A DNA stretch of 64,000 nt from contig CAWJET010000002.1 in the NCBI GenBank assembly GCA_963842085.1, forward strand, positions 160,001 through 224,000, given 5' to 3'. Below the pieces are notes generated by a model. The model was not told the DNA's origin. It saw only the letters and a list, made by a program, of their open reading frames with translations, and searched no databases. The position numbers and the translations under genes are program-made. Positions 1 through 10,139 of this stretch are shown piece by piece. The stretch's first letter is position 1. Every line of letters begins with the position of its first letter. Origin of the DNA: an uncultured delta proteobacterium. GTDB lineage: Bacteria; Desulfobacterota; Binatia; Binatales; Binataceae.

Positions 1-757
1 GCACATCGAATTCATCGCGGCTGGTGCGCTCGCGCGTGAACAGCTGGATTACCGTCATCCCAGCCAGCGACTCCGAAAGGTACGCGTTCACCGCCGCCAG
101 CCGCTCGCGAATCTGCCGGTACACGAGGCGCGCCCGTACCCGGAAAATGTTGATGAACAGCAACAGCGGCGGAATCGCGATCAACGCCCACAGCGCTAGA
201 TGCGGGCTCTTGGCCCACATGATGATCACGATTCCCGTCATCGTCATCACGTCCACGAACACCGTCAGCGAGCCCGACGCGAACATGTCGTTGATCGCGT
301 CGATATCCGTGGTCATGCGGCTGACCAGCCGGCCCACCGGCGTGCGATCGAAGAACGACATCGGCAGCCGCTCGACGTGGTTGAACACCGCCAGCCGCAA
401 ATCCGAGAGCGAATACTGCGCGACCATCACCGTCAGGTAGAACTGTCCATAGAACGTCGCGAACTCTCCCGCGACCAGCAGCAGGTAAATCGGACCCATC
501 GTCATCAGGCTTGCATGGCCGGTCGCCCGAAAAATCGCCGCCAGCCACGCCGGCGGAGCCACCTTATGATGAGCCAGGAACAGATCGATGATGAGCTGGA
601 TGATGTACGGCTGGGCAAGTGCGAAGGCCGAGTTGAGCGGCATCAGGATGACGGACAGGAAGAACAGCCGCCGGTACGGACGCACGTACGTCCACACGAA
701 CTTGAGCAGCGCGTAATCGCGCGCACGGCCGAGCTGTTTTTCCTCACCCTGCTGCAT
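1..757 (-). CDS. ABC exporter permease/ATP-binding subunit (partner of 760..2586), runs off window start
   Basis: Not in the ORF track because it is open at the edge. ATG at 757 reads MQQGEEKQLGRARDYALLKFVWTYVRPYRR...LPMSFFDRTPVGRLVSRMTTDIDAINDMF...LSESLAGMTVIQLF, a typical type IV ABC exporter TMD. It starts 2 nt after the stop of the upstream ABC gene. Confidence 0.9.
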   Translation of the reverse strand, partial: MQQGEEKQLGRARDYALLKFVWTYVRPYRRLFFLSVILMPLNSAFALAQPYIIQLIIDLFLAHHKVAPPAWLAAIFRATGHASLMTMGPIYLLLVAGEFATFYGQFYLTVMVAQYSLSDLRLAVFNHVERLPMSFFDRTPVGRLVSRMTTDIDAINDMFASGSLTVFVDVMTMTGIVIIMWAKSPHLALWALIAIPPLLLFINIFRVRARLVYRQIRERLAAVNAYLSESLAGMTVIQLFTRERTSRDEFDV

Positions 758-759
758 CG

Positions 760-2586
760 CTAGTACCGCGCCAGTTCCTCTTCCATCAGTTGGCGATGGA
801 ACAGTTCGGCGTAGATTCCATGACGCGCCATCAATTGCTCGTGCGTTCCGTGCTCGGCGATCTGGCCGTCTTCGAGCACGACGATCTCGTCCGAGTCGCG
901 CACCGTGGACGCGCGATGCGCCACCACTATGGTCGTCCGTCCGCTGACCGATTTTTCCAGCCCGTCAAGCACCGACTTCTCAGTTTCGGTGTCGACGCTC
1001 GAAAGCGCGTCGTCGAGCACCACCACCACCGGCCGGTAGGTCAGCAAACGCGCGATCGTCGCACGCTGCTTCTGCCCGCCCGACAGCGACATACCGCGCT
1101 CGCCGACCACGGTGTCGAGCCCATGCGGCAGCACCGCGATGTCCGCTTCGAGGCCCGCCACGCGCGCGGCGTTTTGGATTTCATCGATGGACGCATCGGG
1201 CCGGCCGAACGCGATGTTGCGCGCGAGCGTATCGGAGAACAGGATCGGCTCCTGCGGCACCACGCCCAGCGTCTTGCGCAGCGAGCGCAGCGGCAGGTCG
1301 CGAATATCCTTGCCGTCGAGCAGCACTCGTCCGTCGGTCGGCTCGATAAGCCGCGTGAGCAGCTTTACCATCGTCGATTTTCCCGAACCGGTGCGTCCCA
1401 CGATCGCCAGTTTGCCGCCCGCCGGCACGCGCACCGTCACGTCCTTGAGCGCGTAGCGGTAATGCCCATTGATCGGGCCGCCGTTAGATTCCGCGACCGC
1501 GCCCGCCACGCCGTCGCGGATAAAATAGCTGAACGACACGTGGTCCCATTCGACCGCGCCCTGCACGTCCAGGCGCACTCCGCCCTCTTCGAGTTCGCCG
1601 GCCTGCGGCGGCGCTGAAAAAATTTCGTTCAGACGTTTCATCGCCGCCTTCGCGCGCTGATAGATCGAGATCATCCAGCCCATCGACGTCACCGGCCACG
1701 CCAGTCGCGCCAGGTAACCCATGAACGCGACCAGGTCGCCGATCTGCAAAATTCCGCGCGTCACCAGCGACCCGCCGTAAACCAGCACCACCATCACCGC
1801 GACCGTCGACGTGCCCCGAATCATCGGAAACATCGCTCCGCGCAACCGCGCCAGCGCCAGGCCGAGGTCGTTGTAGTCGTCGTTGGTTTTGCGAAACAGC
1901 GCCGACTCGTGCTCCTCCAGCGCGTACGCCTTCACCACGTGAATCCCGGCCAGGCTCTCCTGCACCTTGCCTTCAATTCCGCCGAGACCCTCCTGCACGC
2001 GCAGGTTGCGCACCATCAGCGAACGTGAGAGCCGCTTGATTCCGATGAGCAGCAGCACGTACGGCGCCAGCACCGCCAGCGTCAGTCTCAGGCTCACGTG
2101 CAGCATGAAGATGAGCGCGAAGGTGAGAGTCGCCGGCGCGTCGGCAAACGTCACCACGCCCATGCCGACCATCATCCGCACTGCGGTCAAGTCGTTGACC
2201 AGCCGCGACATCAGGTCGCCGACCTTGTGCTTGTCGTAAAAGTCGCCGCCGAGATGGGTCAGGTGGACGAACAGATCGTTACGCAAGTCGTACTCGATAT
2301 CGCGCCCAGTGTTGAAAATCGTGAACCGCGAAAGCCATCTCGCGAAGCCGCCCAAAAGCGCCACGCCGCAGAGCATCAACACTATCCGGTTGAGCGACTC
2401 CTGCGCGGGCAGCCCGAGCTTTGCCAGCGGGCCGAAGGTCTGCGCGTGATGGGCCTGGACGGCGCTTATCGCGGCGCCGCTCAGATATGCGACCGTCATC
2501 CCGCACGCCGACGCGACCAGCGTGCACAGCATTCCGAGTCCGTACCAGGTCCAATACCGGCGTACGTAGAAGAACAGTCGTTTCAT
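760..2586 (-). CDS. ABC exporter, fused TMD-NBD (MsbA/YheI-like)
   Basis: Walker A GRTGSGKS, signature LSGGQKQR, degenerate Walker B VVLDDALSSVD typical of heterodimer subunits, N-terminal TM helices. Confidence 0.95.
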   Translation of the reverse strand: MKRLFFYVRRYWTWYGLGMLCTLVASACGMTVAYLSGAAISAVQAHHAQTFGPLAKLGLPAQESLNRIVLMLCGVALLGGFARWLSRFTIFNTGRDIEYDLRNDLFVHLTHLGGDFYDKHKVGDLMSRLVNDLTAVRMMVGMGVVTFADAPATLTFALIFMLHVSLRLTLAVLAPYVLLLIGIKRLSRSLMVRNLRVQEGLGGIEGKVQESLAGIHVVKAYALEEHESALFRKTNDDYNDLGLALARLRGAMFPMIRGTSTVAVMVVLVYGGSLVTRGILQIGDLVAFMGYLARLAWPVTSMGWMISIYQRAKAAMKRLNEIFSAPPQAGELEEGGVRLDVQGAVEWDHVSFSYFIRDGVAGAVAESNGGPINGHYRYALKDVTVRVPAGGKLAIVGRTGSGKSTMVKLLTRLIEPTDGRVLLDGKDIRDLPLRSLRKTLGVVPQEPILFSDTLARNIAFGRPDASIDEIQNAARVAGLEADIAVLPHGLDTVVGERGMSLSGGQKQRATIARLLTYRPVVVVLDDALSSVDTETEKSVLDGLEKSVSGRTTIVVAHRASTVRDSDEIVVLEDGQIAEHGTHEQLMARHGIYAELFHRQLMEEELARY

Positions 2587-2670
2587 GGGCTGTCGGTTAA
2601 ATTATCAGGTCTGCGGCGCGATAGAAGTGGCTGTCCGCCGAAGTTTCAACCGCTTCGGCCCGCTGGCGGC

Positions 2671-3432
2671 TTACAAGCCGGTGCGCGATTTCAGCCGGCG
2701 CTCGTAGAGCTTCGCGTATTTGAGAAATACGTAGAACGCCGCCGTCATCGCCGCGTACAATCCGCGTCCGCCGTCGCGAAACCCGCCGCGGAGAATATAG
2801 AAGTTGAAAAAACGCCACGCCGGATTCGCTATCATCTTAAATGGCGTGAGTGCGTTCGGCTCCTGCTCCATCGCCGCCCGCGAGCTGAACCGGTTAATGG
2901 TCGCCACGTGATCGGCGATGTCGCGGTAGCTGAAATGCAGAATCGGCTGGTCGAGCCGCTCGATTCGTCCCTCGACTACGACCTTGTCATGCGGATCGCG
3001 GCCGCCGATGTGCCCGCGCTCGCGCCGGAAGAACCGCACCGGCGTGTCGGGGTAAATTGCGTGCGAGTAGTAATGCCCCAGGTGGTACAGGATGCGCCGA
3101 ATCCGGTAGCCGTCCGCTGCGGCCGGCGACGACACCACGCGCAGAATTTCCTCGCCAAGGTCGTGCGTCGCCTGCTCGTCCGCGTCCATCAGCAGCACCC
3201 AGTCGCCGGTCGCGCGATCGAGCGCCGTCTGCTTCTGCTTCACGTAGTTGGTGAACTCATGCTGCACGACGTCGGCGCCAAGGCCGCGCGCGATCTCGAC
3301 TGTCTTGTCGGTCGAAAACGAATCGATGATGATTTTCTCGTCGCAGAACCACGCGCTCTTCAGGCACTGGCCGATCAGCGCCTCTTCGTCGCGCGTAATC
3401 GTGATCAGCGAAATCTTTGGCCGCTCTGACAT
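2671..3432 (-). CDS. Glycosyltransferase family 2 (LPS beta-1,4-glucosyltransferase WaaE/KdtX-like)
   Basis: Motifs IIIDSFSTDKT, WVLLMDADE, ILHFSY and the C-terminal GFRDGGRG. Confidence 0.9.
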   Translation of the reverse strand: MSERPKISLITITRDEEALIGQCLKSAWFCDEKIIIDSFSTDKTVEIARGLGADVVQHEFTNYVKQKQTALDRATGDWVLLMDADEQATHDLGEEILRVVSSPAAADGYRIRRILYHLGHYYSHAIYPDTPVRFFRRERGHIGGRDPHDKVVVEGRIERLDQPILHFSYRDIADHVATINRFSSRAAMEQEPNALTPFKMIANPAWRFFNFYILRGGFRDGGRGLYAAMTAAFYVFLKYAKLYERRLKSRTGL

Positions 3433-3435
3433 CGG

Positions 3436-3908
3436 CTAAGTGGGGAATTTAATGCCTGCTGCCGCCCATTTTTTTGCTGGTGTAGGGAACACCGTGGATC
3501 GACCGAGTTCGTTTAACTTCTGATCCTCCTCAAGCGTGATTACAGCAAGTTCGTAAATCGCTCAACTAACTTGTTCATCGTCTCGGTGTTCAATTGATGT
3601 CTTTTCTCGAGTTCGCGAATCTTGCGCGCGAACCCGCGTCGCGGCATACCGTGCTCTACTCGAAAATAATCTCTTGGTTTAGCATCCGGCTTCGCGTCTA
3701 GTAAATTTCTTGCTTTAATTGACCATAATTTAACCTGATTTACGTTGTTAGGCCCCGTCTTCTTTAATTTTTTCAATTTTGCGTACTTATCGGCGAATAA
3801 TTCTAACGTTCTGATTGCTAGGTTTTCTCTTACACCAGCATGAATCATCTCATTAACATGACGGCATGCGAGTTTTAGTTGATCAATCGTAATGGAATTT
3901 TTAGACAT
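3436..3908 (-). pseudogene. AT-rich orphan gene interrupted by an apparent 1-nt deletion (EHxxP / ITxEED motif protein)
   Basis: ATG at 3908 with RBS AGGGGG. The frame stops at 3540, but adding one T in the TTT run at 3555-3557 gives ERFYELAVITLEEDQKLN...KWAAAGIKFPT*, ending at 3436, 3 nt before the GT2 ATG. Confidence 0.65.
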
Positions 3909-3940
3909 GGTATCCCCCCTTGGCGCGAAGGCAAAGTTAC

Positions 3941-5008
3941 CTAAGAAGCGTGCTGCGCTTGGGAACGATCGAGTCCTTCGATCACTTTCGATGCAATCGA
4001 CTTGAACGCCGCGCTTACCGGATGCGCCGGGTTGGCGGCGACGATCGGGCTCGCATGGTCTCCGCCTTCGCGCAGCTCGCGAACCAGCGGCAGCTCGCCC
4101 AGGAACGGCACGTTGAGCGAATGCGCTAGCGCGGCACCGCCGCCGTGCGCGAAAATTTCGTGGCGACGGTTGCACTTGCGGCACACGTAGTAGCTCATGT
4201 TCTCGACTACGCCGAGAACAGGCACGTGAACCTCCTCGAACATCGAGACCCCGCGCTTGACGTCGAGCAGCGCGATCTCCTGCGGCGTCGTCACGATCAC
4301 GCCGCCGTCAAGCGCCACGCGCTGCGTAATCGTCAGTTGCGCGTCGCCCGTGCCGGGCGGCAGATCGAGCACCAGGCAATCCAGCTCGCCCCACTCGACG
4401 TTGAACAGAAATTCCGTCTCGAGCTTGGTGACCATCGGCCCGCGCCAGATGACTGCCGTCTCGTCGTTGATGAACAGCGCCATCGAGATGTAGCGGATGC
4501 CGTATCGTTCGAGCGGGATGATGCGCCGCTCCGGCGTGAGCGTGACCGCCTTCTCGACTCCGACCATCGTCGCCACGCTCGGCCCATACACGTCGGCGTC
4601 CATCAAGCCGACCCGCCATCCGAGCGCGTGCATTGCGAGCGCCAGGTTCACCGCGACCGTCGATTTGCCGACCCCGCCCTTGCCGCTGGCGACCGCGACA
4701 ATATGCTTGACGCCCGCGATCGTCCGGGGCTGAGGCATCCCGGCCGCGGCCCTCGGCGCAGTCTGCGCGGGCTGCTCGACCTGGACGTTGACGGCGGGCA
4801 CGCCCGGCATCGCCGCAACCGTCGTCTTCACGTCGGCCACAATTTTTTCGACGACTTCGGGTTTGGCCGACGCCATCGTCAGCGACACGGTCACGCCCGC
4901 GTACGCAACTTCGATATCCTTGATGATCCCGAACGACACGATGTCGCGGGTGAAGCCGGGGTATTTTACTTTCTTGAGTTCGGCAAGAATTTCATTTGGA
5001 CTCGGCAT
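3941..5008 (-). CDS. apbC: Mrp/ApbC/NBP35 Fe-S cluster carrier ATPase
   Basis: ASGKGGVGKS, DADVYGPS, WRGPM, DLPPGTGD, ENMSYYVCxxC. Confidence 0.95.
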   Translation of the reverse strand: MPSPNEILAELKKVKYPGFTRDIVSFGIIKDIEVAYAGVTVSLTMASAKPEVVEKIVADVKTTVAAMPGVPAVNVQVEQPAQTAPRAAAGMPQPRTIAGVKHIVAVASGKGGVGKSTVAVNLALAMHALGWRVGLMDADVYGPSVATMVGVEKAVTLTPERRIIPLERYGIRYISMALFINDETAVIWRGPMVTKLETEFLFNVEWGELDCLVLDLPPGTGDAQLTITQRVALDGGVIVTTPQEIALLDVKRGVSMFEEVHVPVLGVVENMSYYVCRKCNRRHEIFAHGGGAALAHSLNVPFLGELPLVRELREGGDHASPIVAANPAHPVSAAFKSIASKVIEGLDRSQAQHAS

Positions 5009-5137
5009 TGGGCGGATCAGGACCTGTCGGTGGTTTCGATTAAGATGCGGGCCGCGCTATCAAAGCGTGGCGCTCATGTTATCATTCCGGAACCGCCGGA
5101 AAAAACGACGGTCGAACGCGTCGGGAGATCGATACTA

Positions 5138-7009
5138 ATGAGCAGAGTAGGCGTCGCCTCACCGCGAGTCCGCTTCGGCGCCGCCGCCGGCGAAGTTGGA
5201 TCGCTGGCCGCGCGCGATCTGTCGAGCGGACTCGCAGCGATGCTCAGAACCGAAGTGGTGTCGTCCGCCGACGCGTCGCTAGCCCCGGCCGAAATCATAA
5301 TCGACCTCGGCGATGCCGCATCTGCCGCGCAGCGGTCTTCAATCGCGCTCGAAGGCGACAGCTTCGACGTCTCGCGCGCCGCTGAATCGATAGTAATTCG
5401 CGCCGGAACCGAGCGCGGACTGATCCACGCGGCGTCGAACCTGTTCGAAAAGCTCGGCGCGCAGTTCCCTCCGGGCGTCGCGCCATTGTATCCGCGAATC
5501 GAGAGTGCCCGCCTCGCCGCGCTCGAACCCTGGAGCGTCACGCCCGCCTTCAACCGCCGCGCATTCGTCTCCGACATCATGACCTGGAACTACAACTTCC
5601 CCGACCGCCTCGATTTGCACCTCCGCCACGACCACGAATTCATCCCGTGGATGGCGCGCCGGGGCATCAACGCGTTCTCGTACATCCGCCACGCGCATGA
5701 CACGCGCCTCAAGATCGACGAAATCTCGCCGCTTCTGCGTGCGCACGGAATCGGCGTCGAATACGGCGGTCACGTCCTGCAACTTCTGCTGCCGCGCGAT
5801 CTTTTCGCCGAGCATCCCGAGTATTTTCCGGCTGGTGAAGACGGCGTTCGCGCCGCGCACGGCAATCTCTGCGTCTCCAATCCCGACGCTGTCGCTCTGG
5901 TCCGCGCGGGCGCGGTCGCCTACGTTCACGACCATCCCGAAAACGAGCTGCTGCACATCTGGGGCGCCGACGTACGGCGTGGCGCGTGGTGCCGATGCGG
6001 TCGGTGCCGCGAACTCCCGCCGCAGCTCCAGTACATGGATGTCGTCAATGCCATCGCCGGCGAACTCGGCGCCGATTACAAAGCTCCGTCAGTCGCCTAT
6101 CTCGCCTATCACGACACCATCGAGCCTCATCCCGGCCTGAAGCCGCTCGACAACGTGTGGTTCGAATGGGCGCCGCGCGAGCGATGCTACAGTCACGCGA
6201 TCGACGACGCGGATTGCGAGATCAACCCGCGCTACCTCGAGTCGCTCAAACGCTACATCGAGATTTTCGACGGTCGCGGCCACGTCTTCGAATATTACGC
6301 TGACGCGATCCTGTTCGGCGGTTTGGGCCTCGCGACGCCCGCGATAGTCGCGCGCGACTTGCGCGCATATAAGCAGTTGGGATTGAGGAGCATTTCGTGC
6401 CTGACTTTTGGCGCCTACAGCGTGATGGCGTATCCAGTGAATCTGGAGGCGTTCGTTCGCGGATCGCGAGATCCCAATTTCGAGCCCGATAGCAGTTTGC
6501 TTGACACGTCGGCCGGCCGGCATCCGCGATGCGCCCCGGAGATGGATGCTGCCTACCGCGCCGTCGAGCGCGCGTCGAAGCTGTACCTCGATTATGCCGA
6601 CGTGATGAGCCCGGTGATGCCGCCGGAAAAGGCCGCGCGCAAGCGCGGTGAGTTGCGAGAAGGCGCGCTGACGTTCAACGAGGCGATCGCCGCGGCCGAC
6701 GAGATTGCGCGAAGTGTCGATACTCCCCTGGCGGATGCCGAGAAGGATCTTTGGCGCTACAGCAGCGACGTGCTCGCAGGATTGTCCGAATATCTCGGCG
6801 CGCTGGTCGAGTCCGGCGCCGAGCGCCACAAACTCGGCGAAGCCGCCATCGCGAAAGTCGCGGGTGCGATCGAGCGCATCCGTGAGATCGATCCCAAAAT
6901 CAAGGGGACCTGGGGCGCGTATGATCTCGAATGGATTCGTGAGATTTGGCTCAGCGCACTTCGGCGCGGCCTCGATGGAGACGGGAAACCGGCGGAGGAA
7001 CTGTTCTGA
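5138..7009 (+). CDS. DUF4838-like / glycoside hydrolase-like TIM-barrel protein
   Basis: Probable start MSRVG at 5138. Motifs HPEYF, LCVSNPD, WCRCGRC, YLAYHDT and VFEYY are typical of DUF4838 proteins. The stop overlaps the next ATG (TGATG). Confidence 0.7.
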   Translation: MSRVGVASPRVRFGAAAGEVGSLAARDLSSGLAAMLRTEVVSSADASLAPAEIIIDLGDAASAAQRSSIALEGDSFDVSRAAESIVIRAGTERGLIHAASNLFEKLGAQFPPGVAPLYPRIESARLAALEPWSVTPAFNRRAFVSDIMTWNYNFPDRLDLHLRHDHEFIPWMARRGINAFSYIRHAHDTRLKIDEISPLLRAHGIGVEYGGHVLQLLLPRDLFAEHPEYFPAGEDGVRAAHGNLCVSNPDAVALVRAGAVAYVHDHPENELLHIWGADVRRGAWCRCGRCRELPPQLQYMDVVNAIAGELGADYKAPSVAYLAYHDTIEPHPGLKPLDNVWFEWAPRERCYSHAIDDADCEINPRYLESLKRYIEIFDGRGHVFEYYADAILFGGLGLATPAIVARDLRAYKQLGLRSISCLTFGAYSVMAYPVNLEAFVRGSRDPNFEPDSSLLDTSAGRHPRCAPEMDAAYRAVERASKLYLDYADVMSPVMPPEKAARKRGELREGALTFNEAIAAADEIARSVDTPLADAEKDLWRYSSDVLAGLSEYLGALVESGAERHKLGEAAIAKVAGAIERIREIDPKIKGTWGAYDLEWIREIWLSALRRGLDGDGKPAEELF

Positions 7010-8172
7010 TGGAAACTGACAACGGATTCGTGCTGTCGCCGGAACTGCGGGCGCTTCGCGACCAGGTGGGGAAAATAATTCGCGAGGAAATTATCCCGAT
7101 CGAGGCGCGGTGCGATCCCGACGCGCCTGAGATTCCCGAGGACGAGTACTGGCGGATCGCGCGCAAGGCGCAAGCCGCCGGCATGTGGTGCATGGGTGCG
7201 CCGCGCGAGTACGGCGGCGGCGGCCTCGGCACGTTCGAGATGTGCGTGCTTATGGAGGAAATGGCACAGCATCGCATGGGACTCTACAACCCCGGATGCG
7301 GGGTGTTCGGACGCACGCCGCCGCCGGTCATCTACGCGGGCAGCGAGGAGCAGAAGCGCATCTACGCCGGCGGCACGATCAAGAATGCGTGGCACACCTT
7401 CTTCGCGATCACCGAGCCGTCGGGCGGCTCCGATCCGGCCGGCGCGATCCAGTGCAAGGCGGTTCGCCAGGGCGATACCTACGTTCTCAACGGCACCAAG
7501 ATTTTCATTTCGCATGCGCATGAGGCGGAGTGGGGCGTCGTGTTCACCCGCACCGACGCCAAGGCCGGGCGCAAGGGGATCACCTGCTTCATAATCAAAA
7601 AGGGCACGCCGGGATTCACGCCGCGTCCGATTCGCACGCTGCGTACGTCGGCCTTACCCAACGAGGTCCAGTTCGAAGATTGCGTCGTCCCGATCGAGCA
7701 GCGCCTCGGGCCCGAAGGCGAGGGATTGAACCTGTGCTTGGATCTGCTGACTCGGCTGCGCTTTCCGTACTCGGCGTGCAATGTCGGAGTGGGAGTGGCT
7801 GCGCTCAGGATGGCGATCGATCACGCCAAGCAGCGCAGCACGTTCGGCGAGCTGCTCTCGAAGCGGCAGGCCATCCAGTGGATGCTCGCGGATTCGGAGG
7901 TCGAGCTGCGCGCTGCGCGATGGCTGACGTGGGAAGGCGCGTGGAAGGCCGACCGCGGCGAGGACTTCCGCACCGAGGCGTCGATCGCAAAGCTCTACTC
8001 GAGCGAGGTGCTCGGCCGCGTGATCGATCGCGCCGTGCAGATCCATGGCGGCTACGGCGTCAGCAAGGAGTTTCCAATCGAGCGCTGGTACCGCGAGGCG
8101 CGAATTCGCCGGATCGGCGAAGGCCCCAGCGAAGTGCATCGGATGGTGATCGCGCGCTCGCTTCTGCGATGA
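7009..8172 (+). CDS. Acyl-CoA dehydrogenase
   Basis: FAITEPSGGSD, LNGTKIFIS, RSTFG, QIHGGYG, IGEGPSEV. Confidence 0.95.
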   Translation: METDNGFVLSPELRALRDQVGKIIREEIIPIEARCDPDAPEIPEDEYWRIARKAQAAGMWCMGAPREYGGGGLGTFEMCVLMEEMAQHRMGLYNPGCGVFGRTPPPVIYAGSEEQKRIYAGGTIKNAWHTFFAITEPSGGSDPAGAIQCKAVRQGDTYVLNGTKIFISHAHEAEWGVVFTRTDAKAGRKGITCFIIKKGTPGFTPRPIRTLRTSALPNEVQFEDCVVPIEQRLGPEGEGLNLCLDLLTRLRFPYSACNVGVGVAALRMAIDHAKQRSTFGELLSKRQAIQWMLADSEVELRAARWLTWEGAWKADRGEDFRTEASIAKLYSSEVLGRVIDRAVQIHGGYGVSKEFPIERWYREARIRRIGEGPSEVHRMVIARSLLR

Positions 8173-8182
8173 GGATCCAACG

Positions 8183-9367
8183 ATGAGTCTGCCGCTTGAT
8201 GGAATCCGCGTGATCGACCTGGGCCAGGTGTATGCGGCGCCGTACTGCACGCTGCAACTGGCCGCGATGGGCGCCGATATCATCAAGATCGAGCCGCCCG
8301 TTACCGGCGAGGTGCTGCGGCGGCCGGAACTGCCGCCGGGCGGCGCCGGCTACTCGTTCCTGATGCTGAATGCGAACAAGCGCTCCGTCACGATCAATCT
8401 GAAAGATCGGCGCGGCCAGCAAATCGTGCTCAAGCTGCTCGAGGACGCCGACGTGCTGGTCGAGAATTATCTTGACGGCGTCATGGAGTCGTTCGGCCTC
8501 GGCTACGATCAGATCGCCGCGCGGTTTCCGCGGCTAATTTACGCCTCGGGCAAGGGTTACGGCTCCGACAGCAGGTACGCGAAACTTGGCTCGATGGACA
8601 ACACGATCCAGGCGTCGTCGGGATTCATCAGTGTCACCGGATTCCCCGACCATCCCGTAAAGACCTCGGCCACTTTTATCGACATGGGCACCGGCAGTCA
8701 CATGGTGAGCGGAATCCTGGCCGCGCTGATCCACCGCGGGCGGACCGGCCGCGGACAGCATGTCGAGGTGGCGATGCTCGACGTCGCGATACCCGCGCTG
8801 ACCAGCGCGGTCGCGCCCGCGCTGCAAGGGATGAAGTTCAAGCGGCTGGGAAATCGTCATTGGGGCGCATGCCCGACCAACGTCTATCCCGCGCGCGACG
8901 GCGAGGTCCTGATCTTCTGCCTCACGGAAGCGCATTGGCGCACGCTGGCGAAATTGATGGGACGTGAAGAACTGATCGCCGATCCCCGATGCAGGAATCA
9001 TGGCGCGCGGCTGAAAATCGCCGACGAACTCGACGCGATAGTTTCCGATTGGACGAAAGAGCAGCCGCGCGATGCGATGGTCGAGGGACTGATTGAAGCG
9101 GGCATTCCATGCGCGCCCGTTCGGACGGTCGAGGAAGTGGTCGCTGATCCCGAAACCGCGAAGCGCCGGATGCTGATCGACAGTGACTATCCAACCCGCG
9201 GTAAGATTCGCGTAGCCGGCACTCCTATAAAGATGTCGGACGCGCCCGAAGGCGACCGGCCGATGAGGCGTCCACCCGAACTGGGCGAACACAACGCCGA
9301 GGTGCTTGGCTCGATCGGAATCGGCGCGGATGAGCTGGAGCGCCTCAAGCGCGAGGGAGTTGTCTGA
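8183..9367 (+). CDS. CoA transferase family III (CaiB/BaiF)
   Basis: PLDGIRVIDL, MGADIIKIE, NANKRS, ADVLVEN, PPELGEHN. Confidence 0.95.
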   Translation: MSLPLDGIRVIDLGQVYAAPYCTLQLAAMGADIIKIEPPVTGEVLRRPELPPGGAGYSFLMLNANKRSVTINLKDRRGQQIVLKLLEDADVLVENYLDGVMESFGLGYDQIAARFPRLIYASGKGYGSDSRYAKLGSMDNTIQASSGFISVTGFPDHPVKTSATFIDMGTGSHMVSGILAALIHRGRTGRGQHVEVAMLDVAIPALTSAVAPALQGMKFKRLGNRHWGACPTNVYPARDGEVLIFCLTEAHWRTLAKLMGREELIADPRCRNHGARLKIADELDAIVSDWTKEQPRDAMVEGLIEAGIPCAPVRTVEEVVADPETAKRRMLIDSDYPTRGKIRVAGTPIKMSDAPEGDRPMRRPPELGEHNAEVLGSIGIGADELERLKREGVV

Positions 9368-9368
9368 G

Positions 9369-9428
9369 GCAGGTGTGACCCCTGCACCCAATACCAGGAA
9401 ACGACACGAGACTTCTTCGCGGTTGAAA
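9369..9428 (+). repeat. Dispersed ~60-bp intergenic repeat, copy 1
   Basis: GCAGGTGTGACCCCTGCACCCAATACCAGGA...GAGACTTCTTCGCGGTTGAAA. Shares TGACCCCTGCACCCA exactly with 10146-10160 and with the reverse complement of 51656-51670. Confidence 0.75.
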
Positions 9429-9434
9429 GTGGCA

Positions 9435-10139
9435 ATGGTAGAGGCGGTGGGGGTTGCTCGCGCAAACTTTTGCGCGGCGGTGCGGCGCGCGGGCGCGGCC
9501 GCGATGGCGCTTGCGATCGCGAGCGCGTTGGTCGCTTGCGGGCCGATGCAATCGACTTACTATCCGCTGAACCAGACGGGTACTCCGGCTGAGGTTGGGA
9601 AGCGGCCGCTTGAGTTGTCCTCGTCGGAGTTTGCCGCCGACCTGGTTACGCCTGCGGGAATTCGCGTCAAGACCAACGGCCAGTACAAGACGGAGGCATC
9701 ACGGAAGGCGGCGGCGCTTGCGATCGATCGCTACTGGGGCGAAGTTCGCGCCTGTGCGGTTGGCGTCGAGCCGCCGGGAGATACGGATGTCGGTGACCTG
9801 ATCGAGGAGTTCCCGCGTCATCTGGCGGTTGAGATTGCCAATAACTGGAAGGTCGTCGAGGGTCCCGCGACGCATCGCATGATGCAGGCGTTCCCGTCGC
9901 TCGCGCATCCGGGCTCGTGGTCGACGGCGCGGCGGCAGGAGGACGCGCTCTATATCGTGGTGGTCCCGGAGCTGAACGGACTTGGTCAGCAGATGGTCAA
10001 TGAGCTGAATCTGTGGCTGGACAAGAACGCGAACGTGCCGCCGACGGCGGACCTGGTGAGTGCATGCGCGTCGGTCGCATGCGTGAGATTCAGCTACAAC
10101 AACGCGCCGTCGCAGGCGTGGAATCAGTGCTTGGAGTAG
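9435..10139 (+). CDS. Hypothetical lipoprotein
   Basis: Hydrophobic signal and lipobox ALVAC. Start uncertain (9435 or 9504). No family recognised. Confidence 0.7.
   Translation: MVEAVGVARANFCAAVRRAGAAAMALAIASALVACGPMQSTYYPLNQTGTPAEVGKRPLELSSSEFAADLVTPAGIRVKTNGQYKTEASRKAAALAIDRYWGEVRACAVGVEPPGDTDVGDLIEEFPRHLAVEIANNWKVVEGPATHRMMQAFPSLAHPGSWSTARRQEDALYIVVVPELNGLGQQMVNELNLWLDKNANVPPTADLVSACASVACVRFSYNNAPSQAWNQCLE

Noticed and set aside
4145-5137. N-terminal extension of the 954-aa ORF 4145..7009
   Set aside because: It overlaps apbC on the opposite strand and is an antisense shadow frame. The real start is near 5138.
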